From positions 62,001 through 126,000 of the forward strand of contig NEEC01000028.1 in assembly GCA_002189035.1 (NCBI GenBank): DNA of 64,000 bases, given 5' to 3'. The notes under the pieces were generated by a model, which did no database searches, was not told the DNA's origin, and saw nothing but the letters and a program-made list of their open reading frames with translations. Position numbers and translations under genes: made by a program. Positions within the stretch are counted from its first letter, which is position 1, and each line of letters starts with the position of its first letter. This document shows, piece after piece, positions 53,871-64,000 of the stretch. The stretch comes from Utricularia gibba (taxonomy: Eukaryota > Plantae > Magnoliophyta).

Positions 53871-54800
53871 TCAGGCGTCGCAATAAGTGTTGTCGCTAGT
53901 CGAAGGTTTAGACCAATTCATCACCGTCTTGCCCGCTTCCAATGGATGACTGGCTATTATATAAGTGACAGGTGCACGATCGACTTTGCACGTTCCATTC
54001 TTCGGTCCTTCGTCTATCGCCTTGGCAATTTGAATAGCGCCTTGATCCGTCTTCGGCTTCGATTCGTTATGCTCAGAAGCTCCAACAAGCCCACAAATCT
54101 CTTGCCAAGAGAGCGCTGCTTTACGTTTGATCCTATGTGCCCAGAGAATGCTATGCTTTCGGATCTCGCAAAGAGAGAATGTGTTTTTTCCTCTGACTTG
54201 CTCTCTCATTCGAAAAACGAAGAAAGGAGGCTTTGCCCCAGCTACCGCTATCCTTGGGAAAGAAAAAGAGCTACCGAAGGAAAGGCTCGTTGAGACCTTG
54301 GCCTTTTGAGAGGAGAAAGCAGAGAAGAAAACGTCCTTCGTGCAAGTTTTTTTGCTTCCAGCGCCCAACCTAGTAAAGTGGCTCTTCCACCAAGAGGGCA
54401 TTCTGGTAGGAAGGCCGACCACGGAATAAACCGCCATCAGTCCAGGAGAGAAGCAAGCAACTTTTCTTTGATCCACCTTCCCGGGCATGGAAGAGAACGC
54501 AAATGGACCGCGGATGGTAGATTCGAGTCTCTTTTTCAGCGGAGCGAACTCTTCTATCGTGTTGCATTTTCTGGCCCCCTCTTTCCATCGTACTGGAGCG
54601 ATTCGCGAAGAACGATGTGGGTCATATTCTATCCTTTCAACAATGCCCATAGACGAAGTGCTTCGTTTCAGATCAATTCTTCGCAGCAATCCCTTCGATC
54701 CACCCCCTCGGTGAAAAAAAGTAATACGTCCTGAAGAATTCCTACCAGCAGACTTCCCTGTACTCAAAGTGAATTGTCGTTGTGCTCTCCTTTCTCTCAT
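53871..54800 (-). CDS. rpl2: Ribosomal protein L2, 5'-only intronless form (309 aa)
   Basis: RQFTLSTGKSAGRNSSGRITFFHRGGGSK...GIVERIEYDPHRSSRIA...YIIASHPLEAGKTVMN. Confidence 0.9.
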   Translation of the reverse strand: MRERRAQRQFTLSTGKSAGRNSSGRITFFHRGGGSKGLLRRIDLKRSTSSMGIVERIEYDPHRSSRIAPVRWKEGARKCNTIEEFAPLKKRLESTIRGPFAFSSMPGKVDQRKVACFSPGLMAVYSVVGLPTRMPSWWKSHFTRLGAGSKKTCTKDVFFSAFSSQKAKVSTSLSFGSSFSFPRIAVAGAKPPFFVFRMREQVRGKNTFSLCEIRKHSILWAHRIKRKAALSWQEICGLVGASEHNESKPKTDQGAIQIAKAIDEGPKNGTCKVDRAPVTYIIASHPLEAGKTVMNWSKPSTSDNTYCDA

Positions 54801-54867
54801 TGTCTATTTCAGTTTCATTTTATTCTCAAGGCAATGTTCAACGCGCTTACTCCTCCTTTTCTTATCC

Positions 54868-54926
54868 TCACACTCCCGCATTCCGGTCGAGATCTTCAAA
54901 CCTCCGGCCTTCAATTGGTCCATCCA
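54868..54926 (+). repeat. Family 1 cluster in the rpl2 upstream leader
   Basis: TCACACTCCCGCATTCCGGTCGAGATCTTCAAACCTCCGGCCTTCAATTGGTCCATCCA. Confidence 0.9.
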
Positions 54927-55264
54927 ACTCTAGTTGGAAAGAGGGGGAAACCTAAGCCTATGGCCATGTTGAATAAAGAGAAGCCGAATCAGGTTTGGAA
55001 CTATAGCAAAAAATGACACGCAGGAAAGATATATTCCATTTCCATTTCGTTTACTTGACTACAAGACTCTTCTACATGTGGTTAACCGAATTAGTCACTG
55101 TTTGTTGGCCTACCTACAAACTTGCCGGGAGCTGCACCGGTCAAGTAGCGCCCAGCAAGAAAGACAATGTTCAACTTCCTTTAAAGTCGCGGAATTCCCT
55201 TCCTGACGATGTTTAGTTTCCCCTAACTCCACTCGGAGGAAATCGAAGATTGAAACTAACATCC

Positions 55265-55345
55265 CAACGAGCGAGCGGAAAAAAATGGAGCGAGTATAGA
55301 AGAACGAGACGAAACAACGTGTAGTCGAGTAGAAAGAGTAGAAAG
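55265..55345 (-). repeat. Family 2 cluster
   Basis: GAGCGAGCGGAAAAAAATGGAGCGAGTATAG...CGTGTAGTCGAGTAGAAAGAG (reverse complement of the rrn26 / rrn18-upstream unit). Confidence 0.82.
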
Positions 55346-55559
55346 TTTGGCCCAATCCTAAGGAGAATGCCAGTGCAATAACTTTGCGGAGGTTCCGTGC
55401 TAGGGGTTGAGTTCAAGTTGTAGTAGCGTTCCATGCATAGGATGTTCTAGGTTCGATATGGAGTAGTATATTCCAGTAGAGTCTTTCCTCTACCTAGAGG
55501 CATCTCCTGAAAGAAAGTGCTTTTCTCGTATGAGTATGATCAGGGGCGAGTTTATGAGC

Positions 55560-55920
55560 GGTCGATTTTTTAGGGGGTTGGAAAATGGATTTTTTACATA
55601 TTGGAGTTGCTTTCGCCCGTTTGACCATCTCCTTGTGGGTGGTATGCACTGCGGAACTCGAGTATAGTTCCTAACTTTTTCCATCAAGTTCTCCCGGCCG
55701 GTCAGACGTCATAACCCCATGCAACCTAAGAACCTCTGTAGAAAGAGGTATGCAATGTGAATAGCATTGGAAGTCGAATAACGTGAGCCATTTTCGAAAA
55801 ACGGATCGACTACCACAAAAATCGAATCGTTACCAAGCCCTGCACCAAATCCATGCTGATATCAATCCAAGACGCTACTGGAACTGGTAAAGGGGTGTAC
55901 TGTCCGGTATTCTGTGTCTG
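55560..55920 (-). mobile_element. Ty3/gypsy integrase fragments
   Basis: [22 protein letters not shown] and a frameshifted KLGT..FRSAYHPQGDGQT. Confidence 0.8.
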
Positions 55921-57549
55921 CCCCCTTGATAGTTGGCATACCCTGAATCTGGAAAGCGCTGGTTCGAGCCCTGTTCGTGAGAAAACATAGAATTCCTTGA
56001 CAGTCGACTCACTTCGTACTCGGATGACTGTCTTCTCATCACCTGACTTACTGGTGGACACTGCTAGAACACTCCGCATCATTTTCTTATTTCCAATTCA
56101 CGTATTCTTTATTATTACGATCGATGTGATTCTCCGGTAGAAGCTTTATCGGAGGTGGAGGCGACCAAAGGGAGGGCTAGTGCTCCATTATTGGTATTGT
56201 ACAGTCCCTGAGTAGAGGCGCGTAGGCAAGCAACTAAAGTACCGAACAACCCGAGGTTCCAAAGGACTACACTCTATTCATGATGGGAAAAGATTCTCTT
56301 TGAAATGAGGAGGTCCACAGCAAAGGAGTTCTATTTACTTAACGTAGGATTTGACAACACGGCCTGATGCTTGGGCCCTACCTCACGCTTTCATTCAACG
56401 CTCAATCTTGATACCTTTCCCTCGTCAGATGAGTTCAGGTATATACGTTCTATCTCCGCTACATGTGTTGTCTCTTCATTTCACATAGATCTCGGGATAC
56501 GAGACCTTCCTTCAACGTACAGATCGACTCTCCTTCTTCTTTCAGAGCAGTTTGTGCTGTTTCTTTTCTGAGTGGATTTGATGAAACTTTACGATAATAG
56601 TTTGATTTGCCTCCTTTCGTGTTGTTCCAGCAGCTATACAAATGTTGGTTCTTTGTTGACATTGCCATTGCACATGTTGCTTTCGCCCGAGTTTGCCTAG
56701 CGGGTGTTGGACAAGAGTGAAAACTACAAACTAGAAGATTCAGTCTAGTATAAAGAATAATATGCCCCCCTTTCGGGCAGAAGTGGAACTTTTAGGAAGG
56801 AATAGGAGAGTGAGTGAACTACTAGTCGTAGGACAGGGATAGCTCTAACCAGTGGGAGGGAAGGATCTATCAATGACATCCTGGCTCCATAGGTAAGCAA
56901 GACCTTGTCAATGGGAAGAAGGGCGGACATCGATTGAAGCGAAATCATTCCACTTTTCTATGGGAGAATCCGTAAAGAAACCTTTAGCTAATTGAATCTC
57001 CCCTTTCATCCTTAAGATCCAACCTACGAGTTAGGGCAATTGAATAGCGCGTTCGGGAAGGCTAAGAACGCTAAGCCATAGCTATTACGCCCTTGCTTCT
57101 TACTCCTACATTGACTCTCCAATCGTTTCGGCTTAGTCGTGAAAAGAGGCATTCCGTTCTTCCGGCGATGGGTGGTCTTCATACGTGGTACGTCGTCCTT
57201 CGTTCGTTAACGCTTATGACTGACCAGTTAGGGCTGGAAGAGTGCAATCAATTAGATGTAAAGGCTTGGCTGGAAAGCAGGGAAAGGGCAAGGATAGAGG
57301 TGAGTGAAACTTCGACGAGATCCCCGAAGAAGATTGATGCTAAGGTTTGGAACGCTCGACCGAACAAAGTAGTAGGAAACTGAAAACTCACTACAGACCT
57401 TGGGACATAGGGACGATCCGAATAGGGCAGCCTCAGGAAAAGTCTTACTTTATTCGGAATTAGCATCCTCAAGTGGAGTTTTATATCCTTTGGAGGTCAG
57501 ATCGATCGAATGGAATTCATGGGCTCATCATGCTATACTCGCGGGGAAG

Positions 57550-58000
57550 GACAATCTCTCACTGATTTCTTTATGGAGTTTAAGAACACTTATGCAGAGT
57601 TGAATGCTCTATTTCCTCAACCACCTGATGTAACTGTTCAACGCACCCAACATGAGCAGATGGCTGTTATGAGCTTTCTTGCGGGATGAAACTTACGGTA
57701 TGAGGCAGTCAAATCTCAGGTGATTCCAGTGTTTCTATTTCTTCTCTTGAGGAGGCATATACTAGACGACTTCGTACAGAACTCTACCAGACCGCCTCCA
57801 TCATTGGTTCTCACAGTGCACTTATCAGCCACTAGAAATCGGACATGAATCAACACCAAATGAACAATCCCACTAGAGGGAAGGATGTGGTTTGTTATCA
57901 TTGCGGGACACCTGGACATACCAAAAGAACGTGTCGGAAGTTACAGTCTAAAGGTCAGAGGCCTCAGACAGAGAAATCACACCAGGCTCATATTGCTACC
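57550..58000 (+). mobile_element. Copia gag fragment with CCHC zinc knuckle
   Basis: QRTQHEQMAVMSFLAG; CYHCGTPGHTKRTC (CX2CX4HX4C) at 57893-57934. Confidence 0.8.
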
Positions 58001-58549
58001 GTGGATTTGAAATGACCTCAGAGAAGTGGTCCCTGCAGATTCATATGCTAAATTCCTCCAGTATCAGGATCGTGTGAAGGGTTCATCCTCCTTTACCACG
58101 GATCAGACTTCATCAGGTATATCTGACAAAGCCCTTCTCTCGTAAAGAGATAGTGTTCCTCTATCCATGGGTTGTTCCCTGTCTAAGTCTAATAGAATCT
58201 CTGTAGCTAGAAAAGCGGCTACAAGAACAGCCCCCGCTCCGGAAGACCAACCAAAGGTTATATTCCCTTCGTCCTTACCCACAGGAAAGGGTATATATGA
58301 TGTCGTGCCCTGCAACCCGATAGTGACATAATTCCGATCAAATCAATCCCTGAAGACTGATTTTTACTTATGATCTTCCAACACTTCTTTAAGCTAGTAC
58401 CACCAAGTACTGCGTATTTGACGAGTAAAGCTCAGCCTAGGCTTCACCATGACCAGAAATCTCTTTGATTGTGAAGGCCCGGCCCTCTTTTCCACTTGGC
58501 AGCCTCTCTTAGTCAAGTACCCCAGCGTTCTTGCTTGCAACTAGGTTTG

Positions 58550-58720
58550 GAACGCCGTTGTAGCTAGCAGTTAGAGAATGAGTTGTTGGCTTATTGGATA
58601 TCGGATACGGGGATTAGCTGCAGCACTGTTTTGTAAGTACAGAGCAACAAACTGACCACCGATCTTCAGTTTGGTTATACCATTTCATGATATGAATGAA
58701 TCTATCAGATTGAGGCAGTA
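58550..58720 (-). mobile_element. Possible third mitovirus-like N-terminal fragment
   Basis: LKIGGQFVALYLQNSAAA resembles FVSLYCKNCAAA in the 18.8 kb fragment. Confidence 0.35.
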
Positions 58721-59573
58721 AGCAGCGGATTCTCGCCAAATAGCGATCCATCCTGTTCCATGGTTGGCACTCCGTTTAGCTTCTAAATGTGTATTGCTTA
58801 CAGGGAGCCAGGTCTCGACCAAGAGACATATCTGGTCTCCCTTCAGTCGGATACACACCTTGGGGTTGCCTATTGATGAAAGGAAAGTAGGCACGAACCT
58901 CTTTCCAGTTCCCTTTAGGTGCCCCGCGGCCAAAAGCCACTCTACGAGTGATCATAAAGTGGGTTTCTTCGCCCAACGCCAACAGCCCTCGAGCAGTGAC
59001 GCCCAACCGGTCTATCTTTTTCTAATTACAAAAAGTTGATCGACCTAAAGGATATGGAACTGTTGAATTTGGCACCAGGATTCTATCTCTTCCCCTTTTC
59101 TTTCCCACCAGGAGAAAGAAAACTTCGTATTCTGTGACGCCATTAGTCTTATGACTCAGGTTATAGACCAGTGTGTGAAGCTGATCCACCCTCCTTCCTT
59201 TCCCGGCGGGAAAGAAGTTACCCCTCTAGCACTTTCTATCAATTGTGATAACCACATTGTGATTCCAATTGAACAGTGTTAGAAAGAAGAGCAAGTTACC
59301 CTTCATTTCAAAGGGGACAAACTCTTCCCTTTAACTCGTTCCAAAGTTCACACCAACAATGCGCATAGATCATCCCACTAAAGATACCTTTAGACTTGCC
59401 CATCATCTTGTGACAGGCATCAACTCAGCATCTTTCGCTTCGGGGTGATCGATACCACACCGTTGTTCCTTCAGGATCTGGTGGTAGGTTTATATAAGAT
59501 TTCAATATCAGTTAGGATATTATTCCTATACTCCAGATGGAGGAAGAACATAAAGGTAGACCGGAGACTCACT

Positions 59574-59760
59574 TTCACACTACCGCTTCCCCCTAACGGT
59601 CGAGCCCGTCACACTACCGCTTCATGACTCCCGCATTCTTTCCTACCTTCACACTACCGCATTCCGGCCGGTCCGTAGGCGATAGGGAGAGGTTGGAAAG
59701 AGCTCGACCGATAGGGAGAGGGATTCAATTGGTCCGTAGGCCTTCAATTGGTCCTTCCTT
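59574..59760 (+). repeat. Family 1 cluster
   Basis: CACACTACCGCTTC...CCCTAACGGTCGAG...CCGCATTCCGGCCGGTCCGTAGGCGATAGGGAGAGG...GGATTCAATTGGTCCGTAGGCCTTCAATTGGTCC. Confidence 0.92.
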
Positions 59761-60635
59761 CGCTCGTTTCCGACCAATCCAAGGCCGTGTTGGTTCGAAT
59801 CGACCAACCTTCCTGCTTGTAGCTAAAGGTTTGTAATCCCTAAAGCGGGCATCCCTTAATCGATCTTTTTCGAACTGGAACATAATGCGTACTTCCTATT
59901 CGCGGAACGAAACACCGGAAAGGCGAACAACCTCACCCAGTATTTTAGCAACTCCACCATCGGGGGAACTTCATCATCAGGTAACGAATTCAGGTTATAG
60001 CACGAAATTCATACAAGATTGGGCTACCAATGATGGCGTTGTAGGCCAATGGGAGGTCAACAACCATGAAGCTCGCCATGGCGGTGCGCACGGTGGGCTT
60101 CTTGCCTAAGGTGACAGGTCGGCGAGAGTGCTACTCTTACAAATGCAGTTGGAACTTCAATCTTGGCAGCTTCATTCGAATAGAGCAAGAAGAGTCAGAG
60201 TGAAAACGTTAGGTTAGCATCTTCGGATACGGCTTTCGTTTAGTTCTCCTTGACTTGGATGCTCGTACGTATGCGTATAATAAGGGCAATGACATAGCGC
60301 CTATAGCTCAATAGACGAGACGGCAACACAACATCGTTGGGGTGGCTTGGTCGATTCTGAACGCTAGGACTAGCAAAGTAAGTTCTTGCGCACATACACA
60401 TATACGAATAGGAATAGGCATATCGGTAACTGAAGGAGTAGGCGCTCGACCTTGAACACAATAAGGTACGCTATCTGCTCGCTTCATTTCCATTCCGCTC
60501 GCTTGCTTCCCTTGATTCACGATCCTTGCAGCTGAATGAAAGAGTCTACCTTCCGAAAGTGTAGAAAAAAGTCATTTCCGAGGCGGGCTCATTTTCAAGT
60601 CGAATAGAACCCAAAGATCTTGAGGCAAGAATGGT

Positions 60636-60758
60636 TAGGGACCGGCCAGAGATTTGAAGAAGCTCTTTAGTTAGGGACCGGCCTACGGTTTCAAGATCTC
60701 GACCGTTTGCGGGAGTGTGAAGGTAGGAAAGAATGCGGTAGGTTTTCATGCTATCGGG
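60636..60758 (-). repeat. Family 1 cluster
   Basis: TTAGGGACCGGCC...TTGAAGAAGCTCTTTAGTTAGGGACCGGCCTACGGTTTCAAGATCTCGACCG...GGAAAGAATGCGGTAGGTTTTCATGCTATCGGG. Confidence 0.9.
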
Positions 60759-61379
60759 AACGAGTTCAAATACTCGCGATTTCCATGTCTATCGGCGGTA
60801 ATCCTCTTTGTTTCGAGTGCTGTTTATTAATGGCATCTCAACGGTTGGGAACCCATTAAGACTACAAACGTTTAGCCGTGATCGAATTGACTTCTCCGAG
60901 AAGAAGAGCACTAACTATTTCCAGCGAAACGACTCTCACTCTCGCTTTGGCATCATACCCACAACTCAGTGGAGTACCCTGAACAGGCATCGGATAGAAA
61001 TGTTATAGCAGGATTCTGATGATCGACTTGAAGAGTGAACAAAGAACACTTCGGAGTCCTGGAGCAACCTAGCTTCCCAGACAACTCAGAGAAGTACACG
61101 CAACTAGAAAATGAAAGTCGGAAGTAGTGCTTTCTTCTTTTAGAAGCATAGTCCTAACTTTCCTCCGGTAGGTAAGCCCTAGGTCATTAAGCTATCTGTC
61201 GTGTTTTCGCTAGAGATCTAAGATTCATGTCTCTGTCGTGCCGTCCCTTCCAGCGATCCGTGGAGTTTGCCTTTAGTAGACCTGCTCTGTCTATGAGTAG
61301 TACTTGGAATAGTTGCTTCTAAAGATTGTACAATCTGTCGCAAAGCTGCAACGCTTGCCCTTTCATTCTAGTACCATTC

Positions 61380-62330
61380 ATAGCTCCAATATTTAGGACT
61401 TACTTCATGTAGACGGGGCCCTTACAAACTAGCATCTTAGCAAGGTGCTCATTACATTTTTACATTGGTTGATGATTTCAGTCGTGCCTCTATTTTCACT
61501 ACCCGAGGGATTTTACACCAAAGAAGTTGCCCCCCGGGGAGAGAAAAACATAAACATTTGTTGGAAGTGGCTAGAACCTTAACTTAATGTCTCAGGATGG
61601 CTTGCCTAAAATGTTCTGGGGGGAGTGCATTCTTGCTGCTACTTACATCATCAATCAGCTTCCAACTCCTTTAGTGGGAAAGACCTTTCTTCCGACTTTC
61701 TCATCAAAAGCCCTAATATGACAGAGAGTATTTGGTAGCTTGTGTTTTGCTACTAATCTTTCTCCTACTAAGGATAAATTTGATGGGAGGGCACATAAGT
61801 GTGTTTTCATTGGTTATTGTTTGTGGAGGTCATAAAGCTTACAAGTTATATAACCTCACCACTGGAGATGTTTTTGTTAGTAAGGATGTCACCTTCTTTG
61901 AACATCAATTTCCTTTCAGCAGCAAACACTGCTTCTTCTATCTTACCTTTACCTACTGTTTCTATTACTGATAGAGATTTTGCTACTCCTTTTGAGAACT
62001 ACCGCATTCCGGCCTCTGGCCTTCAATTGGTCCCCCACATCTGCAAATTCAGATATGCCTTAAAATACTTCACCATCAGTATCACCACATAACTCTGTTC
62101 AATCCTCCCCTTCAGAATCTGTTTCTTCAGCTACTCCACCCTTCGACTTCTCTTCTCAGCCTGATTTGCCTCCGGAATCTATTGTTCCCAGACATAGTAC
62201 TCAAATTTCCAAGAGGCCACAATGGTTATCTGATTTTGTCTCAAATGTCACTACTTCTACTGCCACACTTCCGCCATCTTTTATACCATCTTCTTCTTAT
62301 ATACCACCTGCTTATTCTTTCCTTCTTTCC
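61380..62330 (+). mobile_element. Ty1/copia integrase and post-integrase fragment, interrupted by a family 1 unit
   Basis: LVDDFSRA; ERKHKHLLEVAR; LPKMFWGECILAATYIINQLPTP; KCVFIGY; YKLYNLTTGDVFVSKDVTFFEHQFPF. Confidence 0.88.
61997..62033 (+). repeat. Single family 1 core unit inserted in copia sequence
   Basis: AACTACCGCATTCCGGCCTCTGGCCTTCAATTGGTCC. Confidence 0.92.
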
Positions 62331-62363
62331 TCTCCTTTCAGTCGAGTGTTCCCATCCTCGTAC

Positions 62364-62495
62364 TAACTAAAGAGCACCAACATACCCGATAGCAAACCCC
62401 CCTACCGCATTCCGGCCTCTGGCCTTCAATTGGTTCCTACCGCAAACGAACTCCGGTCGAGATCTTGAAACCGTAGGCCGGTCCCTAACGGTCGA
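62364..62495 (+). repeat. Family 1 cluster at a copia/gypsy boundary
   Basis: CTAACTAAAGAGC...CCTACCGCATTCCGGCCTCTGGCCTTCAATTGG...CCTACCGCAAACGAACTCCGGTCGAGATCTTGAAACCGTAGGCCGGTCCCTAACGGTCGA. Confidence 0.92.
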
Positions 62496-62749
62496 TCCTA
62501 AACCTGAGCAATTCCATGTGCCAGCTTGCAACACAATTATGACCTTTGACGTCTGTCGCCAGAGAGGAGGAAGGCAATAATAAAAACACTCACAGAAGCT
62601 GAGAGATATGCGGTGCTTGCGGCTTTGAAAAGGAATCTTTCCCGACAAGCAAGCCGAGTCAAGAAATGGGTAAGCTGTATCCCTGAAGAAATGGACAAAG
62701 AATGGACTTGGAAGTGAAGGACATATTATTCTTCAGATTCCAAGTTGGC

Positions 62750-62960
62750 GATCTTCCCCTAAATGTCTTCCTCCAAGGGAGGCGACATGCGGTAAGGGGC
62801 CGGTTCCATCCAAACCAGGCTCCAAGTCTATCTCATGATCAATCTCTCGCCATTAGTTAGGGAGTTCCGACGGCATGACATCCAACAATTCCTCAAGGAC
62901 GGCTTGGATGCACTCCGGAAGTGCTTCTTTTGCAAACGGAACATCGTCTTCATCACTAAA
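62750..62960 (-). mobile_element. Ty3/gypsy pre-RT fragment
   Basis: LEELLDVMPSELP..REIDHEIDLEPG...PAPYRMSPP. Confidence 0.75.
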
Positions 62961-64000
62961 CTAAGCTCTCTTATTGTTGCGACAATGAAGCCCTTGAAAC
63001 TGTAGCTTCCACTTTGATTTTCATGAATGATTTGAGTCTATTCGCATGTGCATCGACTAGAGATCGTTAAATAAGATCACGACAAATAAGTTGTATCCAA
63101 TCCCCTTGAGGGATCAGGGTTCGCATTCCTAGGTCGCGCCTTTCCGGGCTAGAACACTTGAGAAAGGCAGATCCACAAGTCGGGGCATATCCGATTGAAA
63201 TGGAAGATGATCTTATACACGCCACCTAGTTCCATATCTTCGATCCTGTCTGTAAATATTTTAGTACCCAGAACGTAAGGACTGTTTAGGGAAGTTCTTG
63301 TTGCATCAGTTGAAAGCCCTCCTTCTTTTATTCCATTCAGGCAGTTCCGCAAGCTTGTCAAGCGCTAGTGTATACCCGGTCTTCAAGTCCATCTCCACCA
63401 AGAATCTGGCATAATGGAGTCTCTCTTTCGACGTTTAGTTTCACACTGGCAAGGAAAGTCGGGTATATCCCATCTCGTTTGGAGAGGGGGGAAAGAAAGC
63501 GGTATTGGTGTTTCAAACCGTGTCTGGTATTCACGGCTTCTGTCTCACCGTGACTCGGCTCGTGTTCTACTCGTAAGTAGCTACTCGGGCCCTTGTTCTT
63601 AATAGTCATAATAGGGCCTATGCTTTTTTTATGGAGTTGCTGTTGTTCCTGCAGCTGCTTGATCCAGTAGCTGTTAGTTCCGATCCGAGTTCGCAAAAGA
63701 TCCAACCACAAGTTCTGCTCTAGTCCTCCCCTGTGGTAGCTCGAATTGCTGGTATGTCTGTTGCTGCTGTTCCCGTAGCAGTAGTTGGTTTATGAAATCC
63801 TTCTCCTGCGGATGTTCGCCTAAGCAGTTTCCCTATTCCTAATAGTCGGCCGGTTCTTCATTTGCGACTGGAATTTTGGTTACCCAGCTCTCAAGGAAGA
63901 TTGGAAGTAGGTACCTATGTCCATGCTGAATTGGTGACACCATTAGTCTTATTTCTTAAAGGCTATAGAACTTGCTTGGGTAAACCAATTCTACCATTGA

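Noticed and set aside
38117-56175. GCGACCAAAGGGAG word at about 38117, 46699 and 56161
   Set aside because: Only three short copies in unrelated contexts; too little to define a family.
63149-63711. Minus-strand ORFs possibly from a gypsy gag
   Set aside because: Only a vague resemblance (FTDRIEDMEL); not supportable without a profile search.

Overview
This window is angiosperm (eudicot-like) mitochondrial DNA, or a nuclear copy of it. Bases 1 to ~17550 are one collinear plastid-derived insertion (MTPT) in reverse LSC order: trnM-trnV-ndhC/K/J-trnF-trnL-trnT-rps4-trnS-psaA-psaB-rps14-trnfM-trnG-psbZ-trnS-psbC-psbD. Most of its genes are pseudogenes and ycf3 is missing, but psaB, rps14 and psbZ keep full frames. 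The remaining ~46 kb is mitochondrial, with all recognised genes on the minus strand: atp4, nad4L, an atp9-derived chimeric ORF, trnP, an internally deleted trnF, rrn18 (no rrn5 behind it), trnfM, rrn26, matR with nad1 exon 4, trnK, ccmC and a 5'-type rpl2. These are interspersed with copia/gypsy retrotransposon debris and mitovirus-like RdRp fragments. The most striking unexplained structure is a family of short modular GC-rich repeats (~25 clusters, 40-250 bp). Each cluster is a different concatenation of about ten 12-20 bp modules joined at shared GGCC/GGTCC/GGTCGAG/AAACC words. They have entered rrn26, rebuilt the atp4 C-terminus and the ccmC N-terminus in frame, and sit at many junctions between unrelated sequences, yet I found none in the 17.5 kb plastid insert. 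A second purine-rich modular family behaves similarly. matR, ccmC and the chimeric ORF each carry a 1-nt frameshift in a G/C run, which may be sequencing error. Gene identities come from recognising sequence from memory; no database search was run, and repeat boundaries are approximate (about +/-5 nt).
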